From: Escherichia phage smaasur
Length of the DNA stretch: 41,110 nt
Sequence record: MN850625.1
Reading direction: 5' to 3' (one strand)
How positions within the stretch are numbered: the first letter of the stretch is position 1; the number at the start of each line of letters is the position of its first letter. The notes under the pieces are model-generated. The model made no database searches. It was not told the origin of the DNA and saw nothing but the letters and a program-made list of their open reading frames with translations. The position numbers were made by a program, and so were the translations under genes. Positions 1-8,376 of this stretch are shown here, one piece after another.

Positions 1-558
1 ACCTTTGGCACCCTCAGTAGGCATGTAGTTGAAACTCGTCTGCGCAAGGCTGGACGCGAACTGCATTGCCGACACGCCGATGGCGCGGCCAAGGATAACA
101 CTATTGCTTGCTGGTTTCTGAGAGTAGCGCTGAGCGGCCACAGCCGTACTCACGATATCCTCAATGCTGGTGTCGAGGTTCATCTCCTGAATCTGCTCAT
201 TGAATCTGGTCTGCGCTTGGCTTTCCTGATTCTGTCGGTTGATATCCGTAACCGCCTCATCGACCGACGCACCTTCAATCCCGGCAGCGGCGGCGTTGTT
301 AATGCTCGCCCCGGCTGCGCGGTTCGCTTCCTTGTTGATGTTGTACAGGTCGGTGCCAGTCTGCTGCCGGAGCAGCCCACGCTGGAGGTTAACGGTATTG
401 ATACGCTGGCCCATTGCTTGCCACGTCTGCTTATTCAGCCGCTCATTCTCGGCTTGCACAGCTTTCATCTGCGCACGCTCAGCGCGTCCTTGCGCATACG
501 TGGTAATGAAAGAGTTCGTGGCATCAGCACCAGCTTTGGCGAAGACAGCCCAACCCAT
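1..558 (-). CDS. internal virion protein, N-terminal part (ATG at 558-556; gene runs past window start)
   Basis: Open minus-strand frame from ATG at 556-558 with no stop to position 1 (translation begins MGWAVFAKAGADATNSF...). Starts 2 nt after the tail tubular B stop. Position after tail tubular B matches the small internal virion protein slot of T7-like phages. Assignment is positional only. Confidence 0.45.
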   Translation of the reverse strand, partial: MGWAVFAKAGADATNSFITTYAQGRAERAQMKAVQAENERLNKQTWQAMGQRINTVNLQRGLLRQQTGTDLYNINKEANRAAGASINNAAAAGIEGASVDEAVTDINRQNQESQAQTRFNEQIQEMNLDTSIEDIVSTAVAAQRYSQKPASNSVILGRAIGVSAMQFASSLAQTSFNYMPTEGAKG

Positions 559-559
559 A

Positions 560-3010
560 TTAAATTCTCCGAACCTTGTTATAGAACTTGACGTAATAAC
601 CTAAACCTTGAATGTTCAGGTCGCCTGCTGTAGTGGACGTGACCACCATGCTGCTGGACTCAACCTCCAGACCCATACGCACTTTGAGGTGCGCACGCTT
701 CGCCAGAGTTGCTGACTCCAGACCAAGCTCCTGACTCGTGTATCGAATCGGGCTGGAGATGATGTTCAGTGCAGAGTACGCCCCACGGTCACTGGCCGTG
801 ATAGTGAAGAGGCTCGTGTACCGCAACGTGAAGTTGTAGTGCATGATGACCATCTTGTTCACGTCCATGTACGAACCGTCGCCGTTGAAGATTCTCGGCG
901 GCGTAGGGCTGAACGTTGCAGTGAATCGCAGGCCCACATACAGCGACGTGCTGCCGTACGAGGGTTGCAGGTACACACGTCGGTTCGCAGTGTCGATGGA
1001 CTTGATACCAACCTCGGCACCGATGTACTGACCGGACGGCACAACCGTGGTCATAAAGTCCCAGTTGCCATCAGCCAGATACCGGGCTTGGATGATATCC
1101 CACAGCGCTTTCTGGATTCCGTCAGCCGCGAACTGGATGTACGAGTTGTCCGTCGCCGGGTTGGTCACAGTCATGAGCTGACTGTAATCCGTTGCCGGGA
1201 GGAAACGCGCTGGGTCAGTCGGGTCTGGAGAATCTCGCATGGACAGCGTAAGCATGTTCATGTGGCCGTTCTGCTCAACCAGCATCACCAGCACTTCACG
1301 GACGAACCATGCGGCGTGGATAGTGCCGTACAGCTCCCAGCGATGCCAAGACGACAACACCTTCTCATCGCCTGACCAGAGGTACTCGTTCACGTATAGC
1401 GTGGACTTCTCAGTGGTCGAGCCGAACACTACGATGTTGTTCGTGGTGCTGGCAGAGATGTAGCTGTTAGCCCCTTCCAGATAAGTCGGCAGGTGGTCGG
1501 TCACATCCTGACTCACGTACTGCAAATCCGTGTAACCGGACGGTAGCATCTCCTTGACGGAGAATGAGCTGTTCGAGCGCGGGTACGAATAATACAGGCT
1601 GCGGCCAGAGGTGGTCGGCGCTACGCCAGTGTCCATCTGGTACGTCGAGGTCAACACGGCGGTGGCGTTGTTCGGCGTGAGGATTTGGTTACGTCCGGGG
1701 ATGACTGCTTGGTGTTCCTCACTGGCCAGAATCAGGTCAGAGTTGAACGGCACCCCGTACCGGAACGAAGCCCCGGCGAAGCTGGATGCTGTGAACTCAA
1801 TGCGGTCATCGTCCAGCACCTGCGTAACAGTGGTGCGGAAGAAGTTGTTCCGGTCATCCTTGTTGCTGGAACCCATTGTGATGTACGGGCCACTGAATAC
1901 AATCAGGCGACCTTGGAACGAGGCCAAGCCAGTAATACCCACGCCATTAGCATCAGTGAATGCAGGGATGGAATTGGTCAGGTCATCGCCAGCCAAGCGG
2001 CCCGGCCAGCTACCCTGAGAGAAAGTGTGCTGGTTCGCGGTAGATGAGGTCTTGAACACCAACGGCATGGTGCTTGGGTTAATCCCGGTCGGGGAGCCGT
2101 AGGCACCTTTCTCAACCCAGCGTGAGTCATTGTAACTCCACTGGAAGTATTGAGCGAAGCTGGCGTCGCCCACAGTCATGATGAACCCACCCGCCGCCGC
2201 AGGCAATCTCGCCGGGAGCTTAGTGGTAAGGTCTACCGTGTGGGTGTTGGATGCAATGGCATAGCTTGAACCAGTCGAGGTAGATACGTTCATGTCGGCA
2301 GCAGCTTCGGTACACTGGATGTACAGGTACGCACCATCCTGTGCCACGACTTCTATACCCTCAGCCCCGCCTACGTGCGTGTCGAGCTGAGACTTGAGCT
2401 GACCGACGATGTACTCCGGCGTGGACTCTTGTGAAGGGTTGCCCGTTGTTGATGAGCTTTCCGGCGTAGTATACGTTGCACTCACTGCGCCCAACTTGGT
2501 CTGCACTCGCACGGTGAACTGCTTACCGTAAGCACCAGCGATAACAAAATAGTAACCCCGGCGACCCGGATTCATTCGCGTTTCGTTCTCGATTAGCACG
2601 GGCAGCTTGGAACAGTTGGCAACGTACATGGTGTTGCCTACGGTCGTGAATACAATGTCGTCGGGGTTATTTGCGATGAGATAATTCGACTGACCCATGA
2701 ACTGGACAGTCTCTGTCTCCACGATGGAGGTCACGTACCCAGTCTTCGTGTTAACGATGAACGTGGTAATCCCCCACCCTAAGTTAGTGGTGTAGAACCG
2801 GAGGTGGCCAAAATTTCCAAGGCTCCATACAGTCGCGTTGGTCGAACTTACGTCACGACTTAGGCGAGTGCCGGGGCGCTTGCGCAGGCCACGAACGGTA
2901 TCGGAGGTCATGTTGACCTGTTCCTCAACCTGCGATAGCTGTCGGTCAGTATAGACCTGCTGGCTTACGCCGCCGAGGATGGATTTATACGAGCCTTGGT
3001 AAACTGGCAT
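560..3010 (-). CDS. tail tubular protein B (T7 gp12-like)
   Basis: 816 aa. N-terminus SILGGVSQQ resembles recalled T7 gp12 NLKGGISQQ; internal matches VGDASFAQYF (T7 VGDASKSADQYY), YYSYPRSNSSFS (T7 YFASPRSSFTS), DHLPTYL (T7 SHVPNYI). Lies directly after tail tubular A with a TAATG overlap. Confidence 0.85.
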   Translation of the reverse strand: MPVYQGSYKSILGGVSQQVYTDRQLSQVEEQVNMTSDTVRGLRKRPGTRLSRDVSSTNATVWSLGNFGHLRFYTTNLGWGITTFIVNTKTGYVTSIVETETVQFMGQSNYLIANNPDDIVFTTVGNTMYVANCSKLPVLIENETRMNPGRRGYYFVIAGAYGKQFTVRVQTKLGAVSATYTTPESSSTTGNPSQESTPEYIVGQLKSQLDTHVGGAEGIEVVAQDGAYLYIQCTEAAADMNVSTSTGSSYAIASNTHTVDLTTKLPARLPAAAGGFIMTVGDASFAQYFQWSYNDSRWVEKGAYGSPTGINPSTMPLVFKTSSTANQHTFSQGSWPGRLAGDDLTNSIPAFTDANGVGITGLASFQGRLIVFSGPYITMGSSNKDDRNNFFRTTVTQVLDDDRIEFTASSFAGASFRYGVPFNSDLILASEEHQAVIPGRNQILTPNNATAVLTSTYQMDTGVAPTTSGRSLYYSYPRSNSSFSVKEMLPSGYTDLQYVSQDVTDHLPTYLEGANSYISASTTNNIVVFGSTTEKSTLYVNEYLWSGDEKVLSSWHRWELYGTIHAAWFVREVLVMLVEQNGHMNMLTLSMRDSPDPTDPARFLPATDYSQLMTVTNPATDNSYIQFAADGIQKALWDIIQARYLADGNWDFMTTVVPSGQYIGAEVGIKSIDTANRRVYLQPSYGSTSLYVGLRFTATFSPTPPRIFNGDGSYMDVNKMVIMHYNFTLRYTSLFTITASDRGAYSALNIISSPIRYTSQELGLESATLAKRAHLKVRMGLEVESSSMVVTSTTAGDLNIQGLGYYVKFYNKVRRI

Positions 3011-3558
3011 TATCCTCTCCGAGCACTCTCATAGCGCCACCAGCTCTGACGCTGGCGAGCATTGAATCGACGTTGACGGGTGTGGATAGACTGGCACTGC
3101 TGCAATGCGTTCGCATAGCCGCCAGTAACCGACACCGGGGGATTGTCTCCCATATCATCAGCATACGCAGAGATGGCTGCCTGATACGCAACCAGTCGCT
3201 GGACTGGACTTGGAAGGTCATCCCACTCAAGGTCATAAGTAACCAATCCCGGAACATCCTCAGTAAAAACAAAGGTTTGGGATTGGGCGTTGTAAAGATA
3301 CCCGCCTCGCACGATACACTCAAACCCATCCGGGATGAAGCTCAGTGCGTCTGCGGGGTATTTGACTCGACCATCCGACTCGCGTGGAATGGTGATTCGG
3401 ATGTTGTTGAACCACCAACCGTCAGTGAGAACCTCTTCCTGTGCGATGGCAATCTTGTCAAGGGCAAGAGTGACGGACGGGTTTCGAATCTCAGTCGAGG
3501 ATACGGTGTGCTCAGACAATGCCCGAAGAACGATGTTTACTGCTTCGAGTAGAGTCAC
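3010..3558 (-). CDS. tail tubular protein A (T7 gp11-like), probable GTG start
   Basis: 182 aa, between capsid and tail tubular B; size and position match T7 gp11 (196 aa). Start codon is GTG at 3558-3556, preceded by AGGAGACTTATC. Confidence 0.7.
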   Translation of the reverse strand: MTLLEAVNIVLRALSEHTVSSTEIRNPSVTLALDKIAIAQEEVLTDGWWFNNIRITIPRESDGRVKYPADALSFIPDGFECIVRGGYLYNAQSQTFVFTEDVPGLVTYDLEWDDLPSPVQRLVAYQAAISAYADDMGDNPPVSVTGGYANALQQCQSIHTRQRRFNARQRQSWWRYESARRG

Positions 3559-3585
3559 GATAAGTCTCCTGTAACGACAATCATA

Positions 3586-3608
3586 GAAGCCCCTCAGAGA
3601 AGGGCTTC
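3586..3608 (-). terminator. candidate transcription terminator/attenuator hairpin downstream of the major capsid gene
   Basis: Minus-strand 7-bp GC-rich stem GAAGCCC/GGGCTTC with 9-nt loop, followed by a moderately U-rich tract (tatgattgtcgtt). Position is analogous to T7 Tphi after gene 10. The U tract is imperfect. Confidence 0.35.
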
Positions 3609-3618
3609 GAGTTTGCCA

Positions 3619-4611
3619 TTAGGCTTCGGTGGTAACGACACCCACCACGTCAGGACGCTTCTGACCCACAGTGTACATGTGGAAGCTATCCAGAACGTTG
3701 GTCATCTCTTTCTCGTCATCCCATACGCGGTTGAACAGCGGCTGGGCTTCGACGGTAACGAGAGCCAGAGACGGGTCGAACACAATCAGCTTACGCTTGA
3801 TTTCGTCGGCAGTGACGTTGAAGTCGGCACCGAGCAGGTGGTCGGTGATTGCAGCCTGCGGGAAAGCATTGCTCTCAATCAGGCGAATACCGTTGACGTA
3901 CGCAACACGGCGCATTGCGAAGTCGTTCACACCACGGCCACCAGTGAACTCAACGTTCATCAGTTTCTTGTGCTCCAGCAGGATGCTGAACCACGCCGGG
4001 TCAATCAGCGTAACCAGACGGCCAAGGTCAGCATCGCGGCGAATGAACGCTTCGATAACTTTCTTGTGGCCATGCACGATTGCGCTTGCGTCGTCTTCTT
4101 CGGAAGCGACGGTGCCAGTCAGCGTAATCTTCTCTTTGATACCAGCGTTGAATGCGCCAGCCAGAGAAGTCGGAGGCACGAAGTCAGCGCACTTCTGGAG
4201 CTGAATTACGTGCGCTTGGTCGAACGCCTTAGCCTGTGCAGTACCCATGTTACGGGTCAGCTCAGCACGGAAGTCCGGCGCAGTCCAGTCATCCTGATAG
4301 TCAATCGGGATACGGATGTAAGACACGGTATCCACAGTGACAATCAGCTTCTCGGAGCGCACTGGCTGGTTAACCAGAGACTCGCCGGACTTACGACCTT
4401 TCACGGTCACGCTGCCGAGGCGGTCGCCACGCCAAGTGTTGGACTGGTTAGCCACGGACTTGAAGTTGGTCAGACCGGAACGGAAGATGGAGTTGTAAAT
4501 AAACTGGGTCTGCACGTCACGGTCATACACCTCAAGGTGAATGTCGTTGTCAGAGTTCGCGCCACCCCAGTGTGGACGGAACTGGTTCGGGGTATAGGAG
4601 TTAGCTGCCAT
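3619..4611 (-). CDS. major capsid protein
   Basis: 330 aa, directly downstream of the scaffold gene and upstream of tail tubular A. Has an AAGGA ribosome-binding site and is followed by a hairpin. Size fits T7-like HK97-fold capsid proteins. Call is positional plus size. Confidence 0.8.
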   Translation of the reverse strand: MAANSYTPNQFRPHWGGANSDNDIHLEVYDRDVQTQFIYNSIFRSGLTNFKSVANQSNTWRGDRLGSVTVKGRKSGESLVNQPVRSEKLIVTVDTVSYIRIPIDYQDDWTAPDFRAELTRNMGTAQAKAFDQAHVIQLQKCADFVPPTSLAGAFNAGIKEKITLTGTVASEEDDASAIVHGHKKVIEAFIRRDADLGRLVTLIDPAWFSILLEHKKLMNVEFTGGRGVNDFAMRRVAYVNGIRLIESNAFPQAAITDHLLGADFNVTADEIKRKLIVFDPSLALVTVEAQPLFNRVWDDEKEMTNVLDSFHMYTVGQKRPDVVGVVTTEA

Positions 4612-4634
4612 ATACGAAAATCCTTAGAAAGAAA

Positions 4635-5855
4635 TTAGTAGCCCATAGCCTTGGCTTGACGACGCTTCTCTACCAGCTCTTGGTAGTGACGGTTGTATTC
4701 CGGGGAACCAACCGGGTGCGCCTGCTCAAGCCAGCCAAGATGCTGACGGAAAGCCTCATTGGTCATCACCTCTTGAGGTGCTTGGCCGCCACCATTGGGC
4801 GTCAAACTCTGACCACTACGTTGAATCAGATTGCCTTGGGCACCAGTGAACTGGAGGATGGTGTTCACTGCCAGACGTACCTGATTCGGGTCGCCTGAGT
4901 TCACTGCTGCTACGACAGCATCGATAGTTGCAGGGTCTGCTGCGGTGTTGAATGCCTGTACTGCGAGGTTCCAACGCTGCTCGCCACCAGCCATCTGGTA
5001 CACCTGCTGCTCAATCTGCGCATCGCGCTGCTGCCCTGCTGCTACCAGCGCACCGAACTGTCCTTTCAGGATAGCTACGGTCTGCGGGTCGAACTGCGCA
5101 AGGTAACGGTCGTTCACCAAGGTCGGGTCGCGTCGCTCGTAAGCCTGACCGAACGCTGCAAGCAGGTCGATGTTCTGGCCACGGGCGATGGTATCCATGC
5201 CTTGGAATACTGCCTGACTGGTTTGGTCAGGGAAAATCTGTGCAACCTGCTCCGGCGTTAAACCTCCTTCCTGCTTAGCCAGCTTGTCAGCAGTGAGCTG
5301 CTGGTTCTGGATAGGCGGCTGCTGCTGCGGCTGCAACTGCTGGAAAGGTTGAGTCTGCTGCTGCGGCTGCTGAGGCTGCTGCTGATGCTGGCCCGGCTGA
5401 TGACCATACGGGTCGAAAGCATACGGCTGCGGTGCTACAGGCTGCTGGAACTGCTGAGCCGGAGCCGCTTGGCCCGGAGGCGTGTAGCCCTGTTGCGGAT
5501 ACCCATTAACCGGAATAGGTGGTGCCGCGTATGGCGACTGCGGTTGCTGAGAACCATACGGGTTCTGCTGAGGTACGGGTGCGTAAGGGCTTGGATTTCC
5601 CTGCGACTGGTTGGCATACGGGTTGTACTCCTGATTTGGAATCAGGCCCGGCTGCGCGAAAGGCTGCTGAGGCTGCGGAGTTGCGCCGCCGCGAGGCAGT
5701 TCAATCGGCGTACCTAAGCGACCAAGCGCTGGGTTCTGTACCACCTGTGGGCTTCCACCATAATCATTACCGCTGTGACCAGAGGGAGCATAGGTCGGGC
5801 CAGCGGGTACGTTTTGGGGAGCGGGTGCGGCAGTAGGTTGGTATTCACCTGACAT
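4635..5855 (-). CDS. scaffolding protein with a long Pro/Gln-rich low-complexity N-terminal region
   Basis: 406 aa between portal and capsid, the T7 gp9 slot. The first ~200 aa are extremely P/Q/Y/G-rich; the C-terminal half is ordinary composition. Confidence 0.6.
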   Translation of the reverse strand: MSGEYQPTAAPAPQNVPAGPTYAPSGHSGNDYGGSPQVVQNPALGRLGTPIELPRGGATPQPQQPFAQPGLIPNQEYNPYANQSQGNPSPYAPVPQQNPYGSQQPQSPYAAPPIPVNGYPQQGYTPPGQAAPAQQFQQPVAPQPYAFDPYGHQPGQHQQQPQQPQQQTQPFQQLQPQQQPPIQNQQLTADKLAKQEGGLTPEQVAQIFPDQTSQAVFQGMDTIARGQNIDLLAAFGQAYERRDPTLVNDRYLAQFDPQTVAILKGQFGALVAAGQQRDAQIEQQVYQMAGGEQRWNLAVQAFNTAADPATIDAVVAAVNSGDPNQVRLAVNTILQFTGAQGNLIQRSGQSLTPNGGGQAPQEVMTNEAFRQHLGWLEQAHPVGSPEYNRHYQELVEKRRQAKAMGY

Positions 5856-5865
5856 GTAATCTCCA

Positions 5866-7428
5866 TTAAATCTGTGCGACGTTCGGCGCTACATCGACTG
5901 CGCCCGGCTGTACGCCTGCGGCAGCGGCTGCTGCATTGTCGATGGCACGGCCTTCATTGGCCAAGTCTTGTGGTGACTTACGATAGTCATCCAGCGCGAC
6001 GCCGTTGGAAGCGAAGATAACCTCAAGGACTTTCTGTGGGTCGATGGTGTTAGCAACGCCGTTGATGTTCTGGACAGCAACCATTGCTGCCTGCGAATCT
6101 GAGAGCGCACGGATGAGCGTCTCTGCTTCGATACTGCGACCGAGGGCATCCAGACCTGCTTCGACTTGAAGGGATAGGATGTTGCCAACGATATCGGGTA
6201 CGGTGGACTCGTCAATCTCCGCGAGCAAGACGTACGCCAGAGGAATCTGGAGGGTCTTCGCCTGCATGGAATACGGGCCACCCAACCCGCGTTCGGCGCT
6301 GGTTGCTACCTGCTGCACTTCGGTTGCGGTGGTACGTTCGGAATCACGGAACTCACCAGTGTACATGAACGCCTGCGCGAGTCGCTGCACAATCTGGTTA
6401 ATTTCGTCACGAGCCTGTTGGACTTTCTGGTAATCCCCGACCTCCAGCCCCTCAAGTTGGGTGCCGGACTGTAGCGGAACCACCTGACCAGTCTCTGCGG
6501 ATTCGATATCGTCAGCGTTGCCGCCTGAGCCAGTCAGCTTCCACAGCACGCGCAAGGCTTCTTGCATGTACAGGGCACTGTGCTCACTCAGCATCGACAG
6601 ACGTGCGAAATCCCCAGCGTGGTCTTCGACAATCCCGCGACCATAATGCTCGCCAGACTTCAAAGACCACACTGGGAAAATCCAAGGGCAGACTTTTTCA
6701 GGGTAGTAATCCTTACCGGGGGTATAAACACAGCCTTGGTAGTTGCCCACCTGCTGCGTCACTTCATAGCCAAAGTTGTTCTGGCGCGGTACACGCTTGA
6801 CGCGAGTGTACAGCCAAATGCGTTTGTTGCCGCTGCAACGGAATCCCTTAGCTTCGAGCTGCTTCTGGAACTCCATAGGCAACGAATCCCACTGGATGCG
6901 CTCCTTGACGATTGCGTCCGTTACAACGCCACGACCGTCGCGCTGCACCACGAAGGATTCCAGACCGTACACACGGTACGTTCCAGTTTCCATATCGCGG
7001 TACAGCGCGGCGTTACCAGTCACGGCTTGCTGGGCAATACATTGGAGCAGGTCGGCATAACCACCGTTCTCTTTGGCTTTATCAACGATGGCTTTCTCAA
7101 TAGTGATGAGTGCCTGATTGACTTGCGACAGTTGCTGCCGCTGCTGTTCAGACACCTTGTTAAGTTTCAGCTTCACGAAACGAGCAGAAGCCGGGAACAG
7201 GAACTCGCCCAATCGAGCAACGAGGTTGTTGACGAGCAGAGCGCCGACAGATTGATAGTCACGAGTAATCTGCTGGCGGTTCATATCGTCCGTGTCAGCT
7301 CGGTCATACTCGCTCACCAGCTTAGCCAGTGTATAGCGGCTGTACTCACGAGCCTTCGTCACAACGTTGCTGTCCCGGTATTTCTGCCACAGAGACTCAT
7401 AGCTGACGTTCTGCGCGTCTTGGGTCAT
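5866..7428 (-). CDS. portal (head-tail connector) protein, T7 gp8-like
   Basis: 520 aa. Contains YRVYGLESFVVQRDGRGVV resembling recalled T7 gp8 YRLSSYVVQRDAFGNVL, and VEAGLDALGRS resembling T7 ISTGLEAIGRGQ. Directly upstream of the scaffold gene. Confidence 0.9.
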   Translation of the reverse strand: MTQDAQNVSYESLWQKYRDSNVVTKAREYSRYTLAKLVSEYDRADTDDMNRQQITRDYQSVGALLVNNLVARLGEFLFPASARFVKLKLNKVSEQQRQQLSQVNQALITIEKAIVDKAKENGGYADLLQCIAQQAVTGNAALYRDMETGTYRVYGLESFVVQRDGRGVVTDAIVKERIQWDSLPMEFQKQLEAKGFRCSGNKRIWLYTRVKRVPRQNNFGYEVTQQVGNYQGCVYTPGKDYYPEKVCPWIFPVWSLKSGEHYGRGIVEDHAGDFARLSMLSEHSALYMQEALRVLWKLTGSGGNADDIESAETGQVVPLQSGTQLEGLEVGDYQKVQQARDEINQIVQRLAQAFMYTGEFRDSERTTATEVQQVATSAERGLGGPYSMQAKTLQIPLAYVLLAEIDESTVPDIVGNILSLQVEAGLDALGRSIEAETLIRALSDSQAAMVAVQNINGVANTIDPQKVLEVIFASNGVALDDYRKSPQDLANEGRAIDNAAAAAAGVQPGAVDVAPNVAQI

Positions 7429-7431
7429 ACG

Positions 7432-7692
7432 TTAACTCCCAATGCCGAGGTTGCTTGCTACACCCGTTCCGGTGCGGCGGCGTCGGCCCGACAGAGTATC
7501 GGAGGCAGAGCTAACCTGACCACCGGACTGAATCGTTGGGGTGTTATCGTTCGACAAGTCGGCTGCGAGGTTGGCCTGCATAGCCTGAGCCTTCACCTGC
7601 GCCGGGTCGGTCTTGATAGTGTACTTCGGGGCTTGGCTACCCAGTCCGAAGACAGAGCCAATACCTTTGAAAACTTTACCTACGCTACCCAT
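7432..7692 (-). CDS. small Gly-rich basic protein immediately upstream of portal (possibly gp7.3-like virion protein)
   Basis: 86 aa. C-terminus SGRRRRTGTGVASNLGIGS resembles my recollection of the T7 gp7.3 C-terminus; position before portal matches. Recollection-based. Confidence 0.4.
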   Translation of the reverse strand: MGSVGKVFKGIGSVFGLGSQAPKYTIKTDPAQVKAQAMQANLAADLSNDNTPTIQSGGQVSSASDTLSGRRRRTGTGVASNLGIGS

Positions 7693-8111
7693 TACGGTTT
7701 CTCCAAATCAATGAATCGGTACTCCTGAACATAAGGACGTACCATGTGGGAGTAACCGCACCAGCGCAACCCAGCTTGCCGGGCAGCGCGTTTGAGTTCG
7801 CGGAGGATGAGACGGGTCACTCCCCGGTTGCGATACTGGGGCCATACATACATGGCCATTACAACGGCGCACGGCCCCACATGAATATCGAACAGCTCAC
7901 CGAGATGAGCACAGCCCATGAGAGCACCGTCAGAATCATGGACGTACACATCTGTGCATCCGTTGGCGGTGGCATCATACATGGCGTCCACTATCACATC
8001 CCACGGTAAATCAGACCATTGGCGTTCATCCTGTATACCTTTGGCTACAGCAGTCCGAATGTCGATTGGCATCGTGGTGTGATGTATGTTGTCCACAACA
8101 GTTACTTTCAT
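7692..8111 (-). CDS. GNAT-family N-acetyltransferase (putative)
   Basis: 139 aa. AVVMAMYVWPQYRNRGVTRLILRELKRAARQAGL fits the GNAT beta4-alpha3 acetyl-CoA-binding pattern. Start ATG sits inside the repeated element ATGAAAGTAACTGTTGTG. Overlaps the upstream small gene by 1 nt (TAATG). Confidence 0.5.
   Translation of the reverse strand: MKVTVVDNIHHTTMPIDIRTAVAKGIQDERQWSDLPWDVIVDAMYDATANGCTDVYVHDSDGALMGCAHLGELFDIHVGPCAVVMAMYVWPQYRNRGVTRLILRELKRAARQAGLRWCGYSHMVRPYVQEYRFIDLEKP
8097..8111 (-). repeat. repeated element ATGAAAGTAACTGTT (copy 1, at the GNAT start codon)
   Basis: Exact 15-mer on the minus strand; extends to 18 nt (ATGAAAGTAACTGTTGTG, 8094-8111) shared with copy 4. Confidence 0.6.
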
Positions 8112-8293
8112 TACACAGTCCTTTCACGGATGAAGTCCAACACGTCCTGTTTACCCGCTTCTCTGTTCAGTAGTGAGATATCTGATTCATGGGTGATGGT
8201 CTTCCCTACCTTCTCCCATGTACCGAATGCCTTCTCTAAGAGAGCTAGTTGTCCTTTGTTGAACGTCACTCTGTCTAATGGTGAGTCTTTCAT
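8111..8293 (-). CDS. small protein (60 aa from MKDSPL), translationally coupled to the downstream GNAT gene
   Basis: ORF track gives 8111..8311; the internal ATG at 8293 has a GGAGA ribosome-binding site, so I start it there. Predicted short beta-strand followed by helix (RVTFNKGQLALLEKAF). Confidence 0.4.
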   Translation of the reverse strand: MKDSPLDRVTFNKGQLALLEKAFGTWEKVGKTITHESDISLLNREAGKQDVLDFIRERTV

Positions 8294-8336
8294 AGAGAAT
8301 CTCCAATGCACTACGAGAGTAATCTGGGTATACCAG

Positions 8337-8351
8337 AACAGTTACTTTCAT
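8337..8351 (-). repeat. repeated element ATGAAAGTAACTGTT (copy 2, just downstream of the RNA polymerase gene)
   Basis: Exact 15-mer on the minus strand, 26 nt downstream of the RNAP stop and 44 nt upstream of the ATG at 8293. Confidence 0.6.
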
Positions 8352-8376
8352 TAAGTGCAAGAAATATAAGACTAAA

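Noticed and set aside
3613-4638. Plus-strand ORF of 341 aa antisense to the major capsid gene
   Set aside because: It overlaps a well-supported minus-strand gene with a ribosome-binding site and conserved context; every recognisable gene is on the minus strand, and long antisense ORFs are expected by chance at this GC content.
5349-5836. Plus-strand and alternate-frame ORFs (Leu/Arg-rich) within the scaffold gene
   Set aside because: Generated by the CAG/CCG-rich repeat tract of the scaffold N-terminal region; antisense or out-of-frame artefacts.
6562-7728. Plus-strand ORF of 388 aa antisense to the portal gene
   Set aside because: Antisense to the portal gene, which has T7 gp8 motifs; no ribosome-binding site or recognisable motif.
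8311-8351. Alternative long starts MHWRF (8311) and MKVTVLVYPDY (8351) for the small gene upstream of GNAT
   Set aside because: Neither ATG has a ribosome-binding site, whereas the ATG at 8293 follows GGAGA; the 8351 frame is also out of frame with the 60-aa protein and stops after ~54 codons.
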